Source: Macrostomum lignano (Eukaryota). Taken from it: a stretch of DNA of 64,000 nt. The stretch is from the NCBI GenBank assembly GCA_002269645.1, contig NIVC01001164.1, positions 248,001 to 312,000 of the forward strand. The letters run 5' to 3'. Within the stretch, counting starts at the first letter, position 1, and every line of letters begins with the position of its first letter. Position numbers and translations under genes: made by a program. Shown here piece by piece: positions 38,295 to 61,800 of the stretch. Under the pieces are notes generated by a model. That model was not told where the DNA came from. It searched no databases and was given only the letters and a program-made list of their open reading frames with translations.

Positions 38295-38800
38295 TACTCG
38301 TAGATTGTGTCTTTGGATTTGGAGTCAGACAATGGTAGATTGTGTCTTTGGATTTGGAGTCAGACAATGGTAGATTGTGTCTTTGGTTTTTGTTTTGAGT
38401 CAGACAATATAGATTGTGTCCATGGTTTTGGAGGCAGGAAATGGTAGATTGTGTCCATGGTTTTGGAGGCAGGAAATGGTAGATTGTGTCCATGGTTTTG
38501 GAGGCAGGAAATGGTAGATTGTGTCCATGGTTTTGGAGGCAGGAAATGATAGATTGTGTCTATGGTTTTGGAGGCAGGAAATGCATGGTAGATTGTGTCT
38601 TTGGATTTGGAGTCAGACAATGGTAGATTGTGTCTATGGTTTTTGTTTTGAGTCAGACAATGGTAGATTGTGTCTATGGTTTTGGAGTCAGACAATGGTA
38701 GAATTGTGTCTATGGATTCGTAGTCAGACAATGGTAGAATTGTGTCTATGATTTTGGTTTGGAGTCAGATAATGATTGATTTTTGTCTATGGTTTTGGCG
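38295..38800. repeat. ~31-35-bp compound minisatellite
   Basis: Units ...cagacaatggtagattgtgtc... and ...ggaggcaggaaatggtagattgtgtcc... Confidence 0.9.
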
Positions 38801-39267
38801 TACAGCGTTGGACAATGGGTCCATTGAGAGAGGCAGACCCAACCACAGAATATACTGTATATTCTGTGGACCCAACTATTGATAGTGAATAACTAAAGAA
38901 AATGCACTTACCGATTTTTAATCCTTTATAAAGTATATTTATTTATTAGTCTGTCCGTAACTCAGGTGCGTTCTGGAGCAGCAATTTCTGAATCATAGAT
39001 GGAGCCTTGTCTATTTGGGACCCTCGCCATTGCTTCAATTTCGGGTTTCTTCATCGAGAAGAAGCAGAAATTTTCTTTAAAAATAAGAAAAATAGGCGGC
39101 CAATCGGGTTGGAGTTCGAGGGAGGCGGGTTGCGCTTTTAATTCGTTCGATTCGGCTCCTTAGAAAGCTGCAATGTAATGCAACTGAATAAACTCCATTT
39201 AGAAACAAAAATTTGCACTTAATAAATGGCTGAGATGATAGACAGAAGTGGCAGTTTGTGTCCACCA

Positions 39268-39466
39268 GCTGCTGCTAGACAGGTGTGTGTCTGCTGCTAG
39301 ACAGGTGTGTCTGCTGCTAGACAGGTGTGTCTGCTGCTAGACAGGTGTGTGTCTGCTGCTAGACAGGTGTGTCTGCTGCTAGACAGGTGTGTCTGCTGCT
39401 AGACATATGTGTCTGCTGCTAGACAGATGTGTCTGCTGCTAGACAGATGTGTCTGCTGCTAGACAG
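39268..39466. repeat. 20-bp minisatellite
   Basis: Unit ctgctgctagacaggtgtgt, about 9-10 copies. Confidence 0.9.
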
Positions 39467-39932
39467 TTAAGTTTACCTGTTAGACAGAATTAAAGCTAAC
39501 AGTTTAATAATCAAACTCGAAGGTTAAAGTAAAATTTTTCGAACAATTAACATAAATAATCCTTTAACTTAAAGCTGGCGTGCATCTGTACACAAAAGCT
39601 TAGGGTGTGCTTGAACTTGGTGCATCCTTCGGATTGTCCCCAATACGCGACAAGCTACTAGTAAAAATGAAATTGGCTCAGTTCTAGCTTTAACCGAACG
39701 GCGTGCCTCTCTCAGTGAATTTTGCATTTTCTTGCTTTTATATACTTATTACTTTACATGCAACCTCCGGTGCTGCATCGGGACCAGCCAAGGCAGAGTG
39801 ACGCATAGGTGCTGTTCAAGTGCGCCACAAGTTATTCTACCCCCTTTATGCTCGCAGTTCCTTGGCTTCTCTTCTCTGATTCTGCTTCTTCTCTGCAGGC
39901 GCCCGTGACTCCAAGGTACAATTGGGTCAGGA

Positions 39933-40260
39933 GGGTCATTGACTATTGGGGTCATAGGATCATTGACGATTGGGGTCATAGGGTCATTGACTATTGGGGT
40001 CATAGGGTCATTGACTATTGGGGTCATAGGGTCATTGACTATTGGGGTCATAGGGTCATTGATGATTGGGGTCATAGGGTCATTGACTATTGGGGTCAGA
40101 GGGTCATTGACTATTGGGGTCAGAGGGTCATTGACTATTGGGGTCATAGGGTCATTGACTATTGCAGGGTCATATGGTCATTGACTATTGGGGTCATAGG
40201 GTCATAGACTATTGGGGTCATAGGGTCATAGACTATTGTGGGAATGGGTCGCTGACTATT
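39933..40260. repeat. 24-bp minisatellite
   Basis: Unit ggggtcatagggtcattgactatt, about 13 copies. Confidence 0.9.
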
Positions 40261-41616
40261 GAGGTCATGGTTCACTATTGGGGTTGTGTGTAACTGGCTA
40301 TTAGGGTCATTGGTCGCCGACTTTCATGAGTCTTCGAGCAGATGCTAACAAAACCATGGTTGGAAGAATTAGGAAGTATGATTATCATAAATCTTTTTTA
40401 ATTTTAATATTGTCAAGCATTTATTTCCTGCTTAATCTTGCCCATAGATATCTTCATGACAACCTGTGATCATATTGAGGTCTCCAAGGTGAGAAAATCT
40501 TTAATGCAAAAAAATGATTAATAAATTAACGACATTATCAATAATATCAATAGTATAGGATTTCTAATCGAAGAAATAAAAGGCACATCTCTAAGTGAAC
40601 AGGTACGGTATATTGGCAATGCACAGGTTGAGATGAAAATAATAAAAAATCTACTATGTGCGGCGATGGGCAAGGTGGATCCACGATGAGGACTTCTGAG
40701 GCAGTGCGACATCGAGGTTTAAAAAATCAGAGCTCACAGTTAATAGTGCCCACAAAATTGCGGGATCCATTAGAATTAAAACTAAAGTTTCTTAGATAAT
40801 TTTTATGACTTATTCACTGCGCAGCGACCATAGAGGCTCCCCCGCATTAACAGAGACAATAATTTTCCAAAAACTGTAAAGTATTAAAGAAAAGCTTTTA
40901 ACAATCCTGGATTCCAACCAATTTGACAAGCATGATTGGCTAGGCAAAATATGCAAATTGTTAGTAGAATAGTTGATTTAAAACGCTCAATTTAGTACTT
41001 CAATAGCTATACATACACACTTAAAGAAGAAAAATCAATTACGTAGTTTAACAGTGTTCTGGGTTAGTTTCCTGCTAGTGGCTGTGTTTCGCTTAGACTA
41101 ATATGGATTGATGTCCTGGGGTTGCAAAGTGGGAGAGAGGGCTGGGTAAGGTCAGTCACAGCCAATCAATGGATGCCACACAGAGCCGCGGGGGTGAGTC
41201 ACGGCGTTTCAGTCTGGGGAGGGGGCTAGGAAAATCGGGGTTTGGGTCACGTCATAGAAGTCGTAAAACGGCTAGGTAAGGCGTGAGGAGTGAGGTGGGC
41301 TGTAAGCAGGCCTGTCTTTGGAAAGACAAGGAATTGTCGCCTAATATGGTTGTACATGTAGATGCATTTAGCCATTTGGTAAGAAGTCGTAAAACGGACT
41401 GAGGAGTGAGGAGTGAGGTTGGGCTGTCCTTTGCCTGCGCCTGGCTTTGGAAAGATAAGAATCGGGTGTAGGGCTGCGTTAGTCATTAGTGAAAATCGTA
41501 AGACGGTTGGGAATGAGCAGCAGAGATGGTCTATCCTAGCTAGAGTTTTATTTAGCGTACATGTAACAAAATTCGACTGAGAGTTATGCTTTCCTTAATT
41601 TAACCTATTAGAGGTG

Positions 41617-52325
<10,709 letters not shown>

Positions 52326-52891
52326 TTTGTTGCAACCTTAAGCGATTTAACTAATTAATTATCTGATCTCACATTCATAAAATATTGCAAATCCTCCCTG
52401 TCTTAATTTTTGCCAGAATCGACGAGTGGATCTTTCGGACGAAAAGCTTTCTTATATACAAGTGAAATTAAAAAAATAGAAAAATAATTAGTAAAACAAA
52501 TATGAGAGCTATTCACTTTCATTAAACACAGTCTAAAGCAATTTTTCATTTTTTCAGCTACCTTTTAATGGTTTTTATTCTTAAATTAGACTTAAGGACG
52601 AAAAACCAGTATCAAATTATACTATAAAATGAAAATCTTTTAAAGCTTGCTAAGCTTAAAAAGCTCTTCGTATTATCATCATGATGGACAAACGACTTGA
52701 GTGAAGAAACCAGTCTCGTGCCCGTATTAGGCTATCCTAAGCATCATATTGTTAGCTAATTAATTTCTCATGAGACTGTGGTATACTGTGTGCGCAACGC
52801 TACGGGCTGTAAACTTCGTTTGACTAATCTTTAGAGAAATTTCTGCATACAATACAAAGCAATATTTTTCCATTGTCTTTGACTTTGTACC
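52326..52891. promoter_or_regulatory. Probable bidirectional promoter region between GLDC and TMEM115
   Basis: Start codons diverge with 566 bp between them. Positional inference only; no specific motif identified. Confidence 0.5.
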
Positions 52892-55800
52892 ATGTCGATC
52901 GCAGATAGCTTTGTTGCTGCTTACAAAAAATGCAGTCTTATCACCAAACTGATCGGCGGTTTTCTAATTCTTTTCTACGCCCTTTCATTCTTCAAGGAAT
53001 CAAAAAAGCTGCTTGCTATTACTCCAGGCTATTTTATGCCTCCAAACTACTATGTTTGGACATTGTTCACTTTCATATTTTATGATGACCACTGGTATTG
53101 TGTAATCATTGATATTGTGACTCTCTTTTCTCGAATACATTACTTGAACCCCTGTGGGGCCAGAGAGAGCTAATGAAGTATCTACTTATTGTTACTGTAA
53201 TGAGTGGTTTGATGTGCTTCTTCCTTTGCTATTTTCTTTATCTGTTTACCTATTCTTTGCAAATAATTTTCAATACCCACATCCATGGAATGATTGCATA
53301 TGCTGCAGCCATCACTGTTGCAGTCCGGCAAACTTTGCCAGATGATATCATTTTGTCTCTACCAATTGCTAATATTAAAAATCAACATCTATCTTTTATC
53401 TGTATGTTAATTGTTATTTGTATGACTTTATTACACTTGGTCAATTTTGTGTATTGCTTTCTATTTATTTCTGGAATTTTGGTATCTTGGACATATTTAC
53501 GCTTTTACCAAAAGCATGGTAATGGCCATCATGGTGATCATTCTGATAGCTTTGAATTTGCAAGGTAAGCTATAATATATATACTAATTAATAAGCATAG
53601 CCAATATATAAACATTATCATAAAATAGTTTTTGTTTATAGCCTTTTATTTTAAAATATTTTAACAAAATATTTTATTTTTAATAGTTTAAATTAGCTCT
53701 TTTATTAGAAAATAAAGGTATATATTTTTAAAATATTGTATTTAAATTGCTTAATCATCCAGAGTATTAATACATTTTTTAGTAAAAATATTTTATATTT
53801 ATTTCTACCTGGTATAAAATAGTTAGCATAGATATAACACTTGAGGACACTTGCATTGTCATAGCCTTCCAAAAATGACACTAAGCTACACTAATCTCTA
53901 TTGTTGCTAGCACGACACTGACATGCAACACTGCCCTACAACACTAGCCTAGACTGTCGCTGGCATGACATTGACATGTGACACTGCCCTACGACACTGG
54001 CCTAGACTGTTGCCAGCACAACATTGACATGTGACATTGCCCTATGACACTGACCTGGACTATTGCTGGCACAACACTGATATGCAACACTGCCCTAAGA
54101 CACTAATCTGATACTTATCCAATACTCATCTGACATTTACCCGATACTTATCTAATACTCATCCAATACTCATCCGATATTGCCTGACATGCATCAATCT
54201 GACACTCATCTGACACTGCTCGACACTCATCCAACACTGCCCAACACTCATCCAATACTTATCTGACACTCATCAGACACTGCCCAACACTCATCTGACA
54301 CTTATCTGACACTGCCAGACACTCATCCAACACTGCCCAACACTCATCCAACACTCATCCGATACTCATAGTCTTTGAAGGAAAAGTCAGCAACTAAAAG
54401 AAAGAATAAATTGGCTTATAATGATAAGGTCAGCAGTGAAAACACTGCCTACTAGATTGTCCATTTTAAGATCCAAAACAGCAAGTGGCTTCAGTTAGCC
54501 AGACCCAATTTTCAAACAGTTCCTGATCCAAGGGGGCAGCAGGAATATTCCGTAGGATATGAAGTACAAGTTCGAATAGCCAAAGGTGGTAATTCAAAGG
54601 CAGCCCTGCATGAAGCCACAATCTTCAAGGGCCTATACTCCACTAAGGGACAATTGAAAGTTGTCTTAAAGTGCTACAGGCAATAGCCATTTGTACTGAC
54701 CATCAACTTGGTGAGTAGGTGCACTTGTTACCCCTTTCTGCAGCAAGACCTTTTGAGTTTGCATGCCAAAATAGAGAAAAACATGCAGATGCATGATGAA
54801 AAGCATTGCACTAAACATAGTCTAACTACAAGCTACAAAGCTGAGGCAGAGAAGAAGACTGTAGAGATCTTGCAGTTGCAAGAACAAGCTGAGAAGTTGC
54901 GCTTGTCGGCAACTGCCGACAGACAAAGCGTAGAAAAGATACTAGACAAGTGTAAATGGAGCATCAAGATGCTCGAGACTGATTGTTGCATCATAGAGGA
55001 TGCATTTACTAATGCCGCACTGGCTATGACTTGAAATCTAAATGTTGTCAAAGATAGCAAAAAAGTCATGGCTGCAATCTCCATCACTCAGTCATAGTCT
55101 GAAAATGATACCGCCAGATTGCATGGGGCTACAAAAAGCACTAGAAAGTGTAGCAGTTTTTAGCATTATCCTAAACAGCAATAGTGCTGCAAATGATATG
55201 TCATTGCTATAGAGCAGTGGTCTGTCCAAAGTCGGCGAGGATGCTTCAACCAAGGCTCAGGTCAGTTATGCTAACCTGAATGCAGATGTCAAAATTCTGG
55301 CCACTAGCCTTACCACGGCAAAAGGAGCTTTTTTGAGCACTTAAAGGGTGCATCTGCCAGTTCTAATGATAGTGACTCCTAGAAAACAAACAAGAATGGA
55401 AAGAAAGGCTGACAGAAGTCCAATACCACAGCATTGGACAAGGGTCTGCAAGTTCTCCTCTAGGCGTGTTTCATACCTAAGGAAATCGCCAAAACTTACT
55501 AAGGAAGAGCTACCAAAGATGGCGCCAACAGACTAGCTGCTGATGAATGTCAAAGAACAGCTATAGAATCTTATCTAGATGCAATGGGGCTGAAAAGCAT
55601 TTTTTTGCATAGAACTCTACATCTGTATAGTCACATGTTGGAAGCTGAAAGAAAGAAGATGAACATTGGCAATGACAAGGCAGGTGATGGCGGCAATAAG
55701 GCACTTGACGGCAGCAATAAGGCAGGTAATGGCAGCAATAAGGCATGTGACAAGGAAGATAATGCCAGTAACAAGGCCAACACAGAAACTTTCTAAAGTT

Positions 55801-58800
55801 TTCTAAAATGCAGTGACAGTGTGAGCCTCTTTATATCACCAGTTTGAAAAATGGAACTGGTTCTGAACTGGTTTGACGTTCTTCATATTGATGGTTCAAA
55901 AAACAGAATTAGTTCTGGAACATGGTTCTGGTTCTAGAATATGGTTCGAGAAATTTTCTTGAACCATTGTCATGTTTACACTTTAACAGTAAAATATATT
56001 TGAAATTGTTAGTTTTTTATTATTATTATATAATTATTCCTCTTTTGTTATATCCAAGAGAAAACAAAGTCAAAAAACGACAAAATTAAATTGTAAAGAC
56101 TGTCAAACATAAAATGGGTTCGAAGCTCCTCATTTTACACTGGTTCTGGTTCTAGAACTCAAATTTATTCTGGTTCTAGAACCAATTGCCATGAAGAGGC
56201 TCTGTATTGAGTGACCTGAACATCTTTTTGTAAGATACTTAGTGATTAAATCCACAATTTGCTTAATAAACAGATTAAGCAACTTACTTCTTTGGATACA
56301 AAAATCATTTGCTACTTCTTGATTAGTTTTGCTACATGAGTTTCAGGCAGTATTGGATAAGTGTCAGATGAGTGTCGGGCAATGTTGGATGAGTGTCAGA
56401 CGAGTGTTGGATGAGTGTCAGGCAGTGTCTGATGAGTGTCAGACAAGTGTCAGATGAATTTTGGATGAGTGTCAGGCAGTGTCGGATCATGTCGGATCAG
56501 TGTTAGGCAGTGTTAGACGAGTATTGGATGAGTGTCAGACAAGTGTCAGGCAGTGTCAGATGAGTGTCTGGCAGTATTAGACAAGTATTGGATAAGGGTC
56601 AGACAAGTGTCTGGCAGTGTCGGATGAGTATCAGATGAGTGTCCGGCAGTGTCAGATGAGTATCAGACAAGTGTTGGATATGTGTTGGATGAGTGTCAGA
56701 TGAGTATTGGATTAGTATCAGATGAGTGTCAGATGACTAGTGTCATCAGGTAGTGTCATTAGGCAGTGTCATTTTAGCCAAACTTGATAGTGCTAACCAC
56801 TATCATATTTTAAGTGTCAGTCACGGTTGGTTCAGTGTCACTTTTTTCTTTTTCAGGTAGAGTGTCATTTTGTAGTGTTAGTGCAGACCCCTTTGCATTG
56901 TCAAATACCATCATTTTGGCCCAGTATATATGACAAATGAAGTAACTTATTTATTTTAAACTTGAAAGCTAATTAGTTAATAATAAAATATGAATAGGTT
57001 TTTCAGTAGCATTAGCAGGTTCAGCAGAAAGTTATAAAATATTAGGAAAGAAGATAATCAAAGCAATCAATGCTCTATGCAAGCAATAAAATTCATTATT
57101 TTAATTCATTAATATAGTTCATAAGTTGTTAGATTTGCATGATCATCATTATAAACAAAGCAATTAACTTGGCATTTAGGTACATTTATAATGTTGTAAC
57201 TTCTCTTTAGAATTATAGTTTTGTTTTTTTGTATCCTTGGTCATTGATATTGCCATTAATTTTAACTAGGTCACAAAATTAATAATGCATGTTTGTTAAT
57301 CCATTAGTTCAAAAAGCTTGATAGTAGTCCATTATTAATAATAAAAAATCTTAATTCTTTTTTATGCTTATTAATAAATTAATGCTTATTAATTAACTAG
57401 CCTAATACTAATTTTTAATATATTAAAAACAGATCAATCAAATGGCACTTAATTTTTTTCTAGTGTCTAAATGCTTTTAATAATACATTAATAGCTTTTA
57501 AGTAAGATTGTCTTTTTTAATAATATTATTACCTAGGGTGAAATTGTATTAGATAGGCCTAGTTTTATAACAAGTATTGACTAAAGAAAAATTTGCAAAA
57601 TTGCTTAACCTAAATTTAAACTTTAGATAGATTAGAAAAAACTGCAATAAAAAAGTTTATTAAAAGGCATTCTTTTATTTTATGATACCCATAGCCCAAT
57701 TGCTTACTTGCATCAATTTCATTATACAATACCTAATGGAAAATAAGAATTGAAACAGTTGTAGGCACATTGCAAAAATCCTACTTCTAGCTTACTAGAG
57801 TACAATCCTTACATTCACTTTTATAAAATGCCTTAAATAGACAATTTGTTGATAATGTATCATAAAACAAAAGTGAAGGGGTATGGAAGCAAAAATGAGG
57901 GAGAATAGTAAAAGAGGAAAATGGACTTTTACTCACTTATTGGACTTAACTATTCTGTCCTTTCTTTTATAATTGTAATGACTCAGGAGTCAGGCAGTGT
58001 TTGTGGCGTGCGAGAAAAAGCCTTAACCCTCCAAGTAGGGTGAGACGATATTTATATTTGGAAGCAATCTGATTGTAACGTGCACAATTGAGCCGGGTGC
58101 CTTACGTACATAAGTTGAGTAGCGACATGTACGTGCTAATACAATGTACAAGCTAGTACTGGCCAGAGTGGCATTACATTCCTCCTCGAGTGGATTAAAA
58201 GAAACGGTGAAAACACAAAGGGAACCATAAAAAGTGACTAACAGTTCATGCATGTGCAGTCCATTTGAGAGACAGTCAATCAATCAAGTCAATCAGCTTC
58301 TGCGTAGGTCGGGCTCTTTGTAGTTCCTCTCCGGGTCCTTTGCTTGCCGGGGATGTGGCCAGGCAGCGATCGGCTCCGTGGGCTCAGGGGGCCAGGCGGC
58401 TGGAGCAGCTGCCCTTTGGACTGCTTAGGCTGCTCGGACAGCCGCTTGACCTGCGTAGCGTGCCTGCGGCAGATGACCTCGTCGCGCTGCATGAGCAGGG
58501 AGTTGCCCTGGACCTCGGCCACGGTCCATGGCACTGGCTCATAGAAGGCGTCGGTCTTCTGCCAGGATTGCAGACGCCTCAGGACGCGGTTGCTCGGACA
58601 GATGGCATGGTCTGCTGCCCTGGAGCATTGGTCGGCGAGCCGCTTCATCTCCTCTTTGGCCTGGTGGTCGCGGTCGGCGATGGCTGTTCTTGTCGCGTCG
58701 ATGGGTTGCGAGTGTTGGAGGCTCGGGATCACGTCGTTGATTTGCCTGCCAAATAGCAGACTAGCCAGTGCGACGCCTGTGGCGCAGTGTGGAGTGCGCC

Positions 58801-61800
58801 TGTACGCTGCCAGGCATTCGTCCAAGGCCAGCATCCAGTCCCGACCTTCGAGGACCGCCGCGCGAATAGCCTTGTTCAGCCCTTGGTTACACCCCTTCAT
58901 TGCGCCGTTGGCCTGAGGGTAGAGAGGCGTGATTCGATGGTGCCAGGCGCCCTGGTCCGCCAGGAAGCTGCTGAACTCGGCCGATGCGAAAGGCGGGCCG
59001 TTGTCTGTAGTTACCTTCATTGGCTGCCCGAAGATGCTGAACCACCGGCGCAGCACCTTGGTGACGGCGGAGGCGGTAGTGCTGGGCATGACCTCCACGA
59101 GCGGGAACCTGGAGAAGTGGTCCGTGCAGACGAGCAGCGACTTGCTGCTTACTGGTCCAAGGAAGTCCAGCCCCAGCTCGAGCCAGGGGCCCTTCAGTAG
59201 TTTGGTCGGCTTGAGTGGCGTGGACTTCGGCGCAGTCTCGCGGGTGCAGGCCTGGCAGCTGATGCAGGCTGCCACGTGCGCTTCTACGGATGCTCGCATG
59301 CCGGGCCACCAAACCTTCGGTTGTAGGCAGTCCAGCATTTTTCTGATGCCCTGGTGGCCCTGGTAGGCCAGCTGCAGGCACCGGTACCGCAGAGCCGTCG
59401 GCATGTACAGTTGGCTGCGGCACAGCAGCAGGCCGTCCAGCTTAGACAACTCGTGGGCCACGCCGTGCAGTCCCTATAGGCTCGTGTCGCTCTTGTCCCA
59501 GTGGTTCCCGCGGATGGCGTGCAGAGCTGCTTGGACGGTGGAATCTTGGTTGGAGGCGGCCTTGATGATGGTCAGGCTAATGGACACCAGGGTGGCTGCC
59601 CGCACTGCCATGGCCACGTAGATTGCATCCACCTGCTCACTGACGTTGTTCGGCGGCATTGGCAGCGGCTGGCGGCTCAGGACGTCAGACGGATTGCCGG
59701 CTCCAGGTTGATAAACCACTTGGAAGACCAGGTCTTGCAGTCGCAGCGCCATGCGCTCAATGCGGGGCGGCGGCTGCGACCCCGGGCTGAACAGGGATAC
59801 CAGCGGCTTGTGGTTGGTGATCACCTTGAAGTTGCCGCCGCCGCTGAGGTAGTGATGAAACTTCAGGCCACCGTACTTCACCACAAGCGCCTCCCGCTCC
59901 GTCTGGGAGTAGCGCTGCTTGGTTAGGCTCAGGCTGCGGCTCGCGTACGCCACCGGCCGCGTCAATCTGTCAGGTTGGACTTGGGCGAGGATGGCGCCGA
60001 CGCCTGTGGGGCTGGCGTCCACGATTAGCTGGGTCGGAAGCTTGCTGTTGAAGAATGCCAGTGCCTCGCTGCTGGCAATCGTTTGCTTAATGTCCTTGAA
60101 CGTGGCCTCCTGTTGCTCACCCCATGTCCACTCGGCGGCCTGTCGGGTCAGCTCTCGGAGTGGCCGAGCCCTGTCGGACAGGTTGCTGATGAAGCGTGCG
60201 ACAAAGGCGACGAGGCCGAGGAACGAGCGGACCTCCGTCGCGTTGGTCGGCCACTTGAAACTGTTGATGGCCATCACTTTCTTGGTGCTGGGGTGAATGC
60301 CGACTGCCGACAGCCGCATGGCAAGGAAATCGACCTCTCGCTGAGCGAAGCGGCACTTTTTGGGGTTCAGCATGATGTTGCTGGCCTTCAGCCGAGCCAG
60401 GCAGTCTCGCAGGCGCTGGTTGTGCTCCTCAATGTTCTTCGCATATACCAGGATGTCGTCGTGCACCCAGCGGACGCCGGGCAGGCCGCTGAGGACGGAG
60501 GACATCACCCGCTAGAGGATCTCGGAGGCGGATGTGTAGCCCATGCAGAGCTGGCACAGCCGTAGGAGCCTGATTGGCGTGGAGAACGTCAGCAGATCCC
60601 TGGACTCCTCGGCGACTTTGGTGGAACGCTTTGGTGACATCCAGCTCCGAAAAATACGTCAATCCGGCCATTTTGTCGGTGACCTCTTCAAATGTGGGGA
60701 TCGGCTGCTTCTCCGGGATGACGTACTAATTCACCTCGCGGAGGTCCTAGGTGATGCGCACCTCTCCCTGCTCGGCCTTCGGGACCGCGACCATCCTGGA
60801 GCACCAGGCTGTTGGCCCATGCACCTGCTCGATGATTCCCAGGGCAAGCTGCTCTTCCAGCTCTTTGATGACGGCCGCCCTGAGGTGCACTGGCACTCGG
60901 GATGGCGGTTGGCAAACTGGGCTGGCATCTGATCTCAGCTTGATAGTGATGGTGACGCCCTTCACGCATCCAATGCCCTGAAAGCAGTTGCTGAAGTCGG
61001 CCAGGATGCTCTCAAGCTGTAGCTGCTTGGGCAGGTGCTGATCCTCGCATCTCGCTGGATTGGCCAGGCTGGCCACCACCGCCGAGTTCGTGCAGGCCTC
61101 TGGGCCGACTCTCAGCATACCGAGCTTCGTGCTGGACGCTCTGCCGAGGATTGGGGTGCAGCTGCTCCGGATGACAATGAAGTTCGCCTGCAGCTCGCGG
61201 TGGTTCGCCCTGACGGTGAGCGTCGTTTGACCGGCTGCCTCCAGCGGCTTGCTGGCGCTGAGCGCGAAGACTTTGGTGCTGGACGGCGCAAGTGGCATGC
61301 CCCGGCGGCAAATTCTGCGGAACGTCGCCATGTCCAGTACGTTGCAGCTTGCTCCGCTGTCAATCAGTGTGCAGACCTGCTGACCGTTGATGCTGATGGG
61401 GAATTTGGCGCTATTGTCCTTGCTGCTGAGCGTGCAGAACACCTCGTTGACTGGCTGGTCTGCAAGCTGGTCTTGCTCGGGCTGTAGCACGTTGATCTTC
61501 GAGCGGCTGAGGCAGGCCTTGGCCAGGTGGTTGAACTTGCCGCAGTTGGTGCACCGCTTGCCTTGCGCCCTGTTGCAGCTCCTGTGGCCCGACTTGCCGC
61601 ATTGGATGCACTTCGCGGATGGCTGCGGCTGGTGCGACAGTTCCGGCGGCGGGTAGCGCTGGCAGCGCACCTGCGCCACTTCCTCAGAGGCTGCCGCTGT
61701 CCTGGACATGATGGCCGCCTGCTTTTCTGCTGCCTCGTGCGTCCTGGCCAGTTGGAGGGTGTCCGCCAGGTTGATGTTGGGGATGTTCAGCAGCCGCTTC

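Noticed and set aside
41255-41465. Local ~90-bp direct duplication downstream of GLDC
   Set aside because: No LTR or TIR hallmarks or TSD; function cannot be supported.
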